A DNA stretch of 47,279 nt from Oligoflexia bacterium (GTDB taxonomy: Bacteria; Bdellovibrionota; Bdellovibrionia; JABDDW01). Below the pieces are notes generated by a model. The model was not told the origin of the DNA, searched no databases, and saw only the letters and a list, made by a program, of their open reading frames with translations. The stretch is from NCBI GenBank assembly GCA_043732305.1, contig JAYTHU010000010.1, positions 1 to 47,279 of the forward strand. Direction: 5' to 3'. A program made the position numbers and the translations under genes. Shown one piece after another: positions 19,009 to 27,682 of this stretch (the first letter of the stretch is position 1; the number at the start of each line of letters is the position of its first letter).

Positions 19009-20237
19009 AATTTTTTGAAAATGAGGGTAGCGTTAGTTCCGCCAAAGCCAAAACTGTTTGAGAGCACGGCTTTGATTTCTTTTTCGCGAGCGATGTTTGG
19101 AACGTAATCCAAATCACAGAGAGGATCTTGATTGTCTAAATTAATTGTCGGAGGAACTTTTCCTTCGACAATAGTGAGGACCGAAATCACGGATTCAATT
19201 CCACCTGCAGCACCAAGCAAATGCCCAGTCATACTTTTAGTTGAACTCATCCACACTTTTTTCGCGGCATCACCAAATGATCTTTTAACAGCCATGGTTT
19301 CTGCGATGTCTCCAGCGGGAGTACTTGTCCCGTGGGCATTGATGTAATCTATTTCACCAGGATTTAATTTAGCATCGCGCAAAGCCATGTCCATGCTTCG
19401 TGCAGCGCCTGCTCCGCCTTCGGATGGGTTTGTGATGTGATGAGCATCGCAGCTGAGACCGTACCCTACGATTTCACAATAAATTCTAGCGCCACGTTTT
19501 TTTGCTGATTCGTATTCTTCGAGCACAAGCAGTCCGCAACCTTCACCTAAAACAAATCCGTCACGGTCTTTGTCAAAAGGGCGCGAAGCTTTTTCGGGAG
19601 AGTCATTGCGAGTTGAAAGTGCACGCATAGAAGAGAATCCACCCATAGCCATAGGGCAAATGGTACTTTCGGTTCCACCGGCAATGACAGCATCACAGAT
19701 TCCGTCACGGATATAACGCATGCCTTCGCCGACGGAATGACTTCCGGAGCTACACGCGGACACGTAACAAAGATTTGGACCTTGAGCTCCAATATCGATT
19801 GCTAAAAATCCTGCTGCTAAGTTTGGAATAACCATAGGAATAAAAAATGGAGAAATTCTTCCGGGGCCGCGCGCAAGATAAACATCGTGTTGCTGCTCTA
19901 TCCCAGGAAGTCCGCCCATGCCCGCTGAAACTAAGACACCAACCATGGTTCTGTTTTCATCGGTGATTTGGAGTCCAGAGTCTTCCAGGGCCATTTTTCC
20001 TGCGGCCATGGCGTACTGGATAAAGTAATCCATTTTCTTTTGTTCTTTTTTATGAATATACGGATCCGGATTGAAGTTTTTCACTTCACCCGCAAAGCGG
20101 CAATCGAAGCGGTCTATATCAAAGCGAGTCACCTTGGCAATGCCAGATTTCCCCTCTAATAAATTACCCCACATCTCTTTGGCAGTGAGCCCAAGAGGTG
20201 AAACGGCACCAACTCCGGTGACGACCACTCGACGCAT
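19005..20237 (-). CDS. fabF: Beta-ketoacyl-ACP synthase II
   Basis: RRVVVTG, SACSSG (catalytic Cys), NAHGTST, KSMTGHLLGAAG, NSFGFGG. Confidence 0.98.
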   Translation of the reverse strand: MRRVVVTGVGAVSPLGLTAKEMWGNLLEGKSGIAKVTRFDIDRFDCRFAGEVKNFNPDPYIHKKEQKKMDYFIQYAMAAGKMALEDSGLQITDENRTMVGVLVSAGMGGLPGIEQQHDVYLARGPGRISPFFIPMVIPNLAAGFLAIDIGAQGPNLCYVSACSSGSHSVGEGMRYIRDGICDAVIAGGTESTICPMAMGGFSSMRALSTRNDSPEKASRPFDKDRDGFVLGEGCGLLVLEEYESAKKRGARIYCEIVGYGLSCDAHHITNPSEGGAGAARSMDMALRDAKLNPGEIDYINAHGTSTPAGDIAETMAVKRSFGDAAKKVWMSSTKSMTGHLLGAAGGIESVISVLTIVEGKVPPTINLDNQDPLCDLDYVPNIAREKEIKAVLSNSFGFGGTNATLIFKKL

Positions 20238-20242
20238 ATAGC

Positions 20243-20482
20243 TTACGCTTTACCTTTAGATTGAAGATATTTTGTGACATCGCCAACGGTGCGCAATTTT
20301 TCAGCAGCTTCGTCAGGAATTTCGAGATCAAATTCTTCTTCCATAGCCATGACCAACTCAACGATGTCTAGACTGTCTGCGCCGAGATCGTCAATAAAAG
20401 AAGCTTCAGCTTTCACTTTACCTTCTTCAACTCCGAGTTGTTCAACAACGATACCTTTGATTTTTGTTTCTAAAGCTGACAT
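20243..20482 (-). CDS. acpP: Acyl carrier protein
   Basis: [20 protein letters not shown]; strong RBS GAGGGAGG before ATG 20482. Confidence 0.97.
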   Translation of the reverse strand: MSALETKIKGIVVEQLGVEEGKVKAEASFIDDLGADSLDIVELVMAMEEEFDLEIPDEAAEKLRTVGDVTKYLQSKGKA

Positions 20483-20553
20483 TTCTTGTCCTCCCTCTTT
20501 AAGATTACTGACTTCTTTTTGAATTTCGATTTCACTCATTTTTGCTTCCAAAC

Positions 20554-21339
20554 TTAGTTAGTGTATAAGCCACCGTTAATATTTAATGTATGCCCCGTTA
20601 TATAGCGTGCAAAATCTGAGCACAAATACAAGCAAGCCCCTGCGATATCATCAGGCTCGCCAATCTGTCCCAAAGGCACGGAGGTTAGTATTTTCTTTTT
20701 TTGCTCCTCGGTCAATGAATCTGTCATATCGGATCTAATAAAACCAGGAGCGATGCTATTCAGTCTAATATTACGGCTTGCGACTTCTAATGCAATGGAT
20801 TTTGTGAAAGCGATTATTCCGCCTTTGCTCGCCGCGTAATTGCTTTGGCCGCCATTTCCCGTTTGTCCGATGACACTGGTGATATTGACGATACTTCCAG
20901 ATCTGTCTTTTAGCATCATTTTGACGGCCGATTTTGTGCAATTGAAAACGCTTTTTAGATTTGTTTCAATCACTAGGTCCCAATCGTCTTCTTTGAGGCG
21001 CAAAAGCAATTGATCGCGAGTGATACCAGCGTTGTTGATTAAACAATGCAATCCACCAAGTTCAGTTTTTATTTTCGCAAAAACATCTTCGACAGCTGCC
21101 GTTTGAGAAACATCTAATTTATAAATTTTATGACTTTTATCTGAGATTTTTTGAAGTTCGCCAAGTGTTTGATTCGCGGCGTCCTCATTGGATCCGTAAA
21201 TAATTCCTACGGTGGCGCCAGCTTTAGCAAAAGCCAAGCTAATAGCTTTTCCAATTCCGCGACTTCCGCCGGTGACAACAGCTACTTTATCGTGGAAGGA
21301 AAAGCTTTTGGAAAAAGGCAAGGAATCAGTGTTGGTCAT
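20554..21339 (-). CDS. fabG: 3-oxoacyl-ACP reductase
   Basis: [26 protein letters not shown]; fab operon context. Confidence 0.97.
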   Translation of the reverse strand: MTNTDSLPFSKSFSFHDKVAVVTGGSRGIGKAISLAFAKAGATVGIIYGSNEDAANQTLGELQKISDKSHKIYKLDVSQTAAVEDVFAKIKTELGGLHCLINNAGITRDQLLLRLKEDDWDLVIETNLKSVFNCTKSAVKMMLKDRSGSIVNITSVIGQTGNGGQSNYAASKGGIIAFTKSIALEVASRNIRLNSIAPGFIRSDMTDSLTEEQKKKILTSVPLGQIGEPDDIAGACLYLCSDFARYITGHTLNINGGLYTN

Positions 21340-22318
21340 AAAATCCTACGGCGGCTTTGAATGTGTCTAATCCGTCAACGTTGTAGGTCAATCCTTCTTT
21401 GAGATCAGGAAAAATCTTTTTAACTAAACCGGTGAGTACACGGCCGGCACCAAATTCCGCGAAGGAACTCACTTCTAAATTTTGAGTCGCAAGAACAGAT
21501 TTTGTCCACTGCACGGGCTTTGTGACTTGGTCGATTAAAAACGTGGCTGTTCTTTCGCCATCTTGATTGATTTCTGCGTTCACGTTGTGAATGACGCTAA
21601 ATTTCATATTGCGTTTCCATAACACTTTTTGCAGTCGAGGCTCTAATCTTTCACGTGCGGGCTTCATGAGAGAAGAATGAAAGGGTGCACTCACGGCTAA
21701 AGGAATCATTTTTGCTCTTGTCGCCCCGTAATCAGCTCCGCGCAAATTGTCCTTCATGAACTGCAATGCTTTTTCATGACCACTGACAACCACTTGTCCG
21801 GGACTATTGAAATTTGCAGCTTCAATCACACTTGACTTCAATCCGGCTTCTTTTTGCGCGCGAATTTGAAAGTCTTTGCAAGCCTTGATCACTTGTTCGT
21901 CTGTTAAGCCTAAAACAGCCATCATGCTTCCTGTGCCAACGGGAACGGCATCTTGCATGGCTTGACCGCGAAGTCTCACCACGTCCATCGCTTCAGTGAG
22001 AGTCAAGGCTCCCGCCGCCACGAGTGCGGAATATTCTCCCAAGCTGTGACCAAGAGCGACTGTGGGACGAGATTCTGTTTCAGAACAAAATGCTCTCCAT
22101 GCTGCAATGGAAGTAACTAAAAGTGCGGGTTGAGTATTGGCGGTGAGTTTTAAATCAGATTCCGGACCTTCAAAGCAAAGCTTTTTCATGTCGAGTCTGA
22201 TGGCATCGGATGCTTCTTCAAAAGTTTGTTTAACTATTTGAAAATTTTCGAAAAGTTCTTTTCCCATTCCAGGATGTTGACTTCCTTGACCAGGGAAAAA
22301 GGCGGCCCAACGATTCAT
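21326..22318 (-). CDS. fabD: Malonyl-CoA:ACP transacylase
   Basis: FPGQGSQ, TQPAL, GHSLGEY, SAPFHS. Confidence 0.98.
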   Translation of the reverse strand: MNRWAAFFPGQGSQHPGMGKELFENFQIVKQTFEEASDAIRLDMKKLCFEGPESDLKLTANTQPALLVTSIAAWRAFCSETESRPTVALGHSLGEYSALVAAGALTLTEAMDVVRLRGQAMQDAVPVGTGSMMAVLGLTDEQVIKACKDFQIRAQKEAGLKSSVIEAANFNSPGQVVVSGHEKALQFMKDNLRGADYGATRAKMIPLAVSAPFHSSLMKPARERLEPRLQKVLWKRNMKFSVIHNVNAEINQDGERTATFLIDQVTKPVQWTKSVLATQNLEVSSFAEFGAGRVLTGLVKKIFPDLKEGLTYNVDGLDTFKAAVGFYDQH

Positions 22319-22322
22319 TATT

Positions 22323-23312
22323 TTAATACCTCATGAGGAGAGCGCCAGAAGTGATTCCCGCTCCGAAAACTGTAAGTAACATAAGGTCTCCACGCTGAAT
22401 TTTCCCTTGCATGACGGCTTCATTGAAAGCGATCGGAACAGAAGCGGAAGATGTGTTGCCAGTGTGTTCGAGATTTAAAATAAATTTTTCTATCGGAATA
22501 TCGAGATGTCTGGAGACAGCCTCGATAATTCTCGTGTTTGCCTGGTGCGGGATGACCCATTTGACATCATCGGGAGAAATGTTTTCGACCTTCATGACTT
22601 CTTCAGCACAACGGCCCATCGTTCGAACGGCACTCTTAAAAATTTCTCGACCCTTCATTTGCACGAAGTGAGAACCTGAATCAATAATTTCTTGATTCAC
22701 GGTTTGTTTGAATCCGCCGCCGGGAGTATGTAGCAAGTCACCGAGGGTTCCATCAGAAGATAGAAACTCGCTCATGAAATCACTTGTTTCTCCTTCTGGA
22801 GTTTGTCCTAAAATCCAGGCTCCTGCGCCGTCACCAAAGAGGATGCATGTTTCACGATCTTTGTAGTTCACAAATCTTGTTAATGTCTCTGCGCCTACGA
22901 CAAGAATTCGTTTGAATGTTCCTGCGCCAATGTAATGTCTAGCCACACTCAGTACATACAAAAATCCTGAGCAAGCAGCATTTAAATCCCAGGCGACGCA
23001 ATTTCCTGCGCCAAGCTTTGATTGCAATTGACAAGCGCTATTGGGCAAATTTGTATCTGGGGTGGCGGTCGCAAAAAAGATGGCATCGATATCTTTTGGA
23101 GTCAGGTTTGCGGCTTCCAGTGCTTGACGAGCGGCTCTTAGAGCAAGGTCGGATGACCCTTCTCCTGTGGCTGCAACGTGACGTAATTTTATTCCGGTAC
23201 GCTCTGTGATCCATTGGTCGGAAGTTTCAACCAGTTTTTCTATATCTGCGTTGGTCAAAGTTTGTTCTGGGAGAAAGTGTCCAGAACCAAGAATTTTAGT
23301 TTTGTATTTCAT
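22323..23312 (-). CDS. fabH: Beta-ketoacyl-ACP synthase III
   Basis: WITERTGI, AACSGF, FGDGAGA, PHQAN, GNTSSAS. Confidence 0.98.
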   Translation of the reverse strand: MKYKTKILGSGHFLPEQTLTNADIEKLVETSDQWITERTGIKLRHVAATGEGSSDLALRAARQALEAANLTPKDIDAIFFATATPDTNLPNSACQLQSKLGAGNCVAWDLNAACSGFLYVLSVARHYIGAGTFKRILVVGAETLTRFVNYKDRETCILFGDGAGAWILGQTPEGETSDFMSEFLSSDGTLGDLLHTPGGGFKQTVNQEIIDSGSHFVQMKGREIFKSAVRTMGRCAEEVMKVENISPDDVKWVIPHQANTRIIEAVSRHLDIPIEKFILNLEHTGNTSSASVPIAFNEAVMQGKIQRGDLMLLTVFGAGITSGALLMRY

Positions 23313-24324
23313 TCTGTAAAGTTTCGCCCATCATTTTAAGTGATAACTCTAATCTCCCCACAAGATTTTCGCTCACTGTTTTTTCAGCTGTATGCAACGC
23401 GTTTTTGATGGCCAGGCTATTAGATCTTCCATGACAAATCAAACTTATTCCAGCCAGTCCAAGAAGGGGAGCTGCGCCATATTCTGCATAATCTAATTTC
23501 TTTTTGAGTGGTTTCATGGAGGAGCGTGCGAGCAAATATCCAATTTTACCTTGGATACTTGAGGTGAAACTTTGTTTCATTAGTTCCATGAGAGACTCGC
23601 CCAAACCTTCGGCGGTTTTTAAAATCACGTTGCCAACAAATCCATCGCATACGGCGACGTCAAATTCTCCTGTGAAGATGTCTTTGCCTTCCATGTAGCC
23701 TGCGTAGTTAAGGCTAGGGATTTTTTTTAAAAGTTCATTGGTTTCGCGAGTGAGGTCGTTTCCTTTTGAGTCTTCTTCGCCATTCGAAATAAGACCAATC
23801 CTGGGACTTGCAATGCCGCGAATGACACTTGCGTAAGCATGGCCCATCAATGCAAAGTGCACCAAGTGCAACGGCTTGCAGTCGACAGTTGCACCCATAT
23901 CCAAGGCGTAGCACGGAAATTTTAAAGTTGGCAGCGGTGTCACTAGCGCTGGTCTTTCAATGTCGCCAACTCGCCCTAAAAGCAGAACACTTAGCGCCAT
24001 GAAAGCCGCTGAAGATCCAGCAGAAAGGCAAGCGTCCGCTTTCCCTTCTTTCACGAGTTCAATGGCTTTATACATGCTGGTGTCTTTGCGATGGCGCAAC
24101 GACGATGAAGCTTTTTCTTCCATACCAACAAGTTCTGGAGCATCAACGATACTGATTTGAGAATTTGGTTGGGCATGAAGATGTGCGGGAACAAGATTCT
24201 TTAATTTATCCGCAGGCCCAGTGAGGATCACATGAGCCTTGGATTCTTTGATAAAATCTAAAACGCCATCAATGTTTACGAGGGGAGCGTGATCGCCCCC
24301 GAACGCGTCTATAGCTATTTTCAA
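23296..24324 (-). CDS. plsX: Phosphate:acyl-ACP acyltransferase
   Basis: IAIDAFGGDHAP, IERPAL, NGEEDSKG, DGFVGNV, GAAPLLG, HGRS; TTG start. Confidence 0.97.
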   Translation of the reverse strand: MKIAIDAFGGDHAPLVNIDGVLDFIKESKAHVILTGPADKLKNLVPAHLHAQPNSQISIVDAPELVGMEEKASSSLRHRKDTSMYKAIELVKEGKADACLSAGSSAAFMALSVLLLGRVGDIERPALVTPLPTLKFPCYALDMGATVDCKPLHLVHFALMGHAYASVIRGIASPRIGLISNGEEDSKGNDLTRETNELLKKIPSLNYAGYMEGKDIFTGEFDVAVCDGFVGNVILKTAEGLGESLMELMKQSFTSSIQGKIGYLLARSSMKPLKKKLDYAEYGAAPLLGLAGISLICHGRSNSLAIKNALHTAEKTVSENLVGRLELSLKMMGETLQNEIQN

Positions 24325-24331
24325 GTTTTGG

Positions 24332-24529
24332 TTACTGAGCTGCTACTGCTTTGTCTTTTGCTTTGATGATTTCTTTGCCGTTGTAGTAACCGCAAGTATC
24401 ACAAACCAAATGTGGTTGCTTGAATTCGGCACAGTTTGAGCAAATGCTCAAGTTCGGAGCTACCAAAGCGTGATGGCTACGACGTTTGTTTCTCTTCATC
24501 TTCGATGTTTTATCCGCAGGGACGCCCAT
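24332..24529 (-). CDS. rpmF: 50S ribosomal protein L32
   Basis: KTSKMKRNKRRSH, CSNC and CDTCGYY zinc motifs; yceD-rpmF-plsX synteny. Confidence 0.95.
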   Translation of the reverse strand: MGVPADKTSKMKRNKRRSHHALVAPNLSICSNCAEFKQPHLVCDTCGYYNGKEIIKAKDKAVAAQ

Positions 24530-24530
24530 T

Positions 24531-25133
24531 TTATTTTTCTCCTGTACTAAGTATTTTCAATTTCTCGAAAGGGGACGCTTTGGGCTCCCCAATATCTAAT
24601 TTCTTTTCTAATGGCTTGCACTCACATGAACCTAAATTAAAATTCGTACCACAATGGACACAGAGTCCTTTGCATTTTGCACTGTGCATTGGTTTGAAAG
24701 GAATTTCGAGCGCAACTTGCTCGTGAATCACTTCCCCAATGCTAATGATTTCACCCTCTAAAAACTCCAGGTCAAAAGACCCTTCCAATTCATGAGCGTC
24801 CCAACCAAAGTTTTTTATGCTTTGTTCAGACTTGTAAAACAATGTCACAAAAGTCTTCTCAAAAACATGCGTGAAGTCCTCTGCGCAAAGAGAGCACACG
24901 AGTTGAAGTTCACCTTTGAGTTCGCCTTTGATCTGAACAGTTTTCTCGTTGGTCTCAAGATGAACGATTGCTTCGTACACAGGAAAGTCACCGAGCAAAT
25001 CAAAGAGAACGCCGTTTAATTCACCAGAAGCAGGATTAAAAACGAAGTCTAGTCCAGACTGCGGAACTTCATGAAATTTGACTTGTAGCCCGGGGCGAAC
25101 GTGCGGGTTTATTCTTTTTACAGTCTCGAGCAA
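24531..25133 (-). CDS. yceD: DUF177/YceD family protein
   Basis: CSLC, PFKPMHSAKCKGLCVHCG, terminal SPFEKLKIL; upstream of rpmF. Confidence 0.92.
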   Translation of the reverse strand: MLETVKRINPHVRPGLQVKFHEVPQSGLDFVFNPASGELNGVLFDLLGDFPVYEAIVHLETNEKTVQIKGELKGELQLVCSLCAEDFTHVFEKTFVTLFYKSEQSIKNFGWDAHELEGSFDLEFLEGEIISIGEVIHEQVALEIPFKPMHSAKCKGLCVHCGTNFNLGSCECKPLEKKLDIGEPKASPFEKLKILSTGEK

Positions 25134-25225
25134 TTGGCATTTCCTTTAATCTTTGTTGAACTTAATGAACAACCCGCAAGGAGTATTCCTTTTGGCCCAA
25201 AAAGTCAACTACGGGTGCGTAATAC

Positions 25226-25254
25226 TTGTTTTTTTCAGCTGTTAAAACTAGAAT
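25226..25254 (+). promoter_or_regulatory. Putative sigma70 promoter
   Basis: TTGTTT-N17-TAGAAT upstream of the SH3/beta-barrel gene. Confidence 0.45.
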
Positions 25255-25299
25255 AAAAGGACGGCATCAATGGTATTGGCAACTCTAGGGGGGGATCTC

Positions 25300-26235
25300 G
25301 TGAACAGCAAGTCAAAGTGGAATATTCTCATTTTTTTGACCGTCTTATTAGGTTTCACTTCTGCCAACGCCACGGACTTATTGATATTAGCTGACCGAGT
25401 AAAAGTATATTCTCAACCCAACGCCTCTGGCTCACTCATTGCAATCATCATCAAAGGCACACTGGTTCAGGTCGGTTCTGAAAAAATTCCAGGGTATCAG
25501 AAGGTCATGGTCAGAACCAATCAGGGCAATAAAGTGGGCTATGTGCGCACTGCCGATCTCAATCCTAATGCCGCTCAAAGCGATCAGCCGCCACGTGCTG
25601 GAGCAGTTTCTAGAAATAGTCGCAATCAGCAAGTGCGAAGTAAAACGACCGGTCTGCAAAATAAATTTTCAATTTCATTGCTTGGCGGTTTGAACTATCA
25701 GAATCAAGGCGCTCGTACTCTCACTGAAAGCGATGGAACAATTGTTGGTCTCACAAGCCTTTCAGGATCTAGCACAGTTTTTGGAGTTGGAATTCAATTC
25801 CCACTTTCTTCATGGATCAGAAAGCTTGCGCTCAAAATGTTCGTGCAATTAGAAACCATTTCTACCAGTGGAGCTGCAACAGTCCAACCGCCCTTAGGTG
25901 TACAAGTGGCTGGAGCCCAAACGGTATTAAATGAGTCCTTCATAAATTTTGGTGTGATGCCTGTTTATTACGTAAAACCCTTTTTGTGGGTTGGGGCAGG
26001 CTTGCAATTTGATCACTCAACAGCAGGAACTTTCACCATCAATGGTTTCAACCCTCAAACTTTGAGCAGCTCACAGCTTCCAAATTTTACTGCGTTTGCA
26101 GTAGCTACGGGGCTAGATTTTCAATTGGGAAAAAGAGTTTTCCTTGCCCCTGAGTTTCGTCTTGGTGCGCTTTTCTCAATTCCTGTCATCATTGAAGCTG
26201 ATGTGCTAGTGAATCTCACTTACGCTTTTAACTAA
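25300..26235 (+). CDS. Secreted protein with N-terminal SH3b-like domain and C-terminal outer-membrane beta-barrel
   Basis: G-rich RBS before GTG 25300 (alternative ATG 25270); signal peptide ending ANA; VKVYSQP...KGTLV...GYQKV...KVGYVRTADL; amphipathic strands; terminal LTYAFN. Confidence 0.72.
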   Translation: MNSKSKWNILIFLTVLLGFTSANATDLLILADRVKVYSQPNASGSLIAIIIKGTLVQVGSEKIPGYQKVMVRTNQGNKVGYVRTADLNPNAAQSDQPPRAGAVSRNSRNQQVRSKTTGLQNKFSISLLGGLNYQNQGARTLTESDGTIVGLTSLSGSSTVFGVGIQFPLSSWIRKLALKMFVQLETISTSGAATVQPPLGVQVAGAQTVLNESFINFGVMPVYYVKPFLWVGAGLQFDHSTAGTFTINGFNPQTLSSSQLPNFTAFAVATGLDFQLGKRVFLAPEFRLGALFSIPVIIEADVLVNLTYAFN

Positions 26236-27504
26236 GGCCAAGATGCGGTTTGCTATTACTTTGCTCGCCCCAGTCTGAGATCGCACAAAGTTTTGAATAT
26301 CTAGTTTTAGTTTTTCTTTCTCGAGCGGAGACCTAACTTCCGCTTTTTCAAATTCTTGAATGAAATCCTGGGTGCTTGAAATTTCTTTTACAAAGTTATT
26401 TTGTTTAAGCAGCAAAGCTTCGCGATTGCCGTGGTGAAAGGGTCCAACAAAGGTCAAGCAGCCCGCGGCTGCTGGTTCCATCACACTATGCACGGACTTG
26501 CGAAAGCTTCCCCCCACAAACGCTAGCGAGCCCAGAGGATAGAGCGATGCAAGAATCCCCACTTGGTCCACAATCAGGATTTTGTTTCCTGTAACATAAG
26601 GTGGGAGCGTTTTTGAAAAGTACTCGGTCGAAAGTTTATAGTGAGCGCAAAGTCTCTGAAGTTGCATCAAATGGGTTTCGTCAACTTCGTGAGGAGCGAT
26701 GATAAAATTTAGATTTTTGCTTTTAGAAAATTCAGCAATTGCCGGGATCAAAACTTTTTCATCTTCCGGCCATGTGCTCCCGGCAATTAGAAAATCAGAA
26801 TTTTCATTGAATAGTTTTTTGATTTGTTCTCTGGCTTGATCATTAGAAGTTTCAAGCCGATTGAAAACCTGGTCAAAGCGGGTATCCCCATCGACGGTCA
26901 CTTTGGAATCGTGAGAAATTCTCATGAAATTGTCTTTATCTTCTTCAGTCACTACGGAAATTTCTGAAAGGTCCTCAGTCACAAAACTGTAAAACAGGCG
27001 ACCAAAAAAACTAGCCACGCGCGCTGACTGAGGCGTCAGGGTTGCCGAAAATAATATTGACGGAATCTTTTTCCGCTTCGTTACCCAAATCATATTTGGC
27101 CAAAGATCCGTGCGCGCGATAGCTAACACCGATGGCTTGTAATGTTTTATAAATTCGTGCCAGTGCCACGGAGTATCCCAAGGGGACGGCACTGCCCAAT
27201 CGACAAGCTTGTTGCTTTCGACTGACTTCTTAACGCTAGGGGAGAAATAGGTGACTAGGATTTTACAGTTGATGGAATTTTTCAGTTCCTGAATAACGGG
27301 TTTGGCATATTCAAATTCTCCACTTGCGACGTGAAACCAGAAAATCGGGCTGCTGGATTCGGAGGATTTATTATCTGTCTTGATCCACGATTTACCTCTC
27401 CGCATTTCAAATCCAGATTTTATTTTAGGAATAAAAAAAGAAAGAATCCAAAAGGACGTGTGAATCAGCGGATAGATAATCAGTGTGTATATAATTTGTA
27501 ACAT
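26206..27504 (-). CDS. waaA: 3-deoxy-D-manno-octulosonic acid (Kdo) transferase
   Basis: N-terminal membrane anchor, WFHVASGEFE, TYFSPS, DLWPN, GDTRFD, AGSTWPED, IAPHE, FVGGSF, SVMEPAA. Confidence 0.93.
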   Translation of the reverse strand: MLQIIYTLIIYPLIHTSFWILSFFIPKIKSGFEMRRGKSWIKTDNKSSESSSPIFWFHVASGEFEYAKPVIQELKNSINCKILVTYFSPSVKKSVESNKLVDWAVPSPWDTPWHWHEFIKHYKPSVLAIARTDLWPNMIWVTKRKKIPSILFSATLTPQSARVASFFGRLFYSFVTEDLSEISVVTEEDKDNFMRISHDSKVTVDGDTRFDQVFNRLETSNDQAREQIKKLFNENSDFLIAGSTWPEDEKVLIPAIAEFSKSKNLNFIIAPHEVDETHLMQLQRLCAHYKLSTEYFSKTLPPYVTGNKILIVDQVGILASLYPLGSLAFVGGSFRKSVHSVMEPAAAGCLTFVGPFHHGNREALLLKQNNFVKEISSTQDFIQEFEKAEVRSPLEKEKLKLDIQNFVRSQTGASKVIANRILALVKSVSEIH

Positions 27505-27651
27505 GAGGTCCTTGTTATGGCTTTTTCTGAAGGAGAACTCAAGGAAATGTCTGCTCAAGTTATTGACGTGTCAGCATTTTAACGGAAATTTATGCCAAAA
27601 TATCCTCTCAATGACCCGTCGTTCTCATTCGTAAGCGACGCTAAAAAAAAT

Positions 27652-27667
27652 GGGCCTGAATCTTGCT
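27652..27667 (+). promoter_or_regulatory. Putative sigma54 (-24/-12) promoter
   Basis: GGGCCTGAATCTTGCT with GG(27653-54)-N10-GC(27665-66) and TTGCT, against the consensus TGGCACG-N4-TTGCW; 16 nt before ATG 27683. Confidence 0.5.
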
Positions 27668-27682
27668 TAGACTGCAAGTCTA

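Noticed and set aside
27617..27650. Hairpin CGTCGTT...AGCGACG followed by an A-run
   Set aside because: The U-tract is on the wrong side for a terminator on either strand and the stem is weak.
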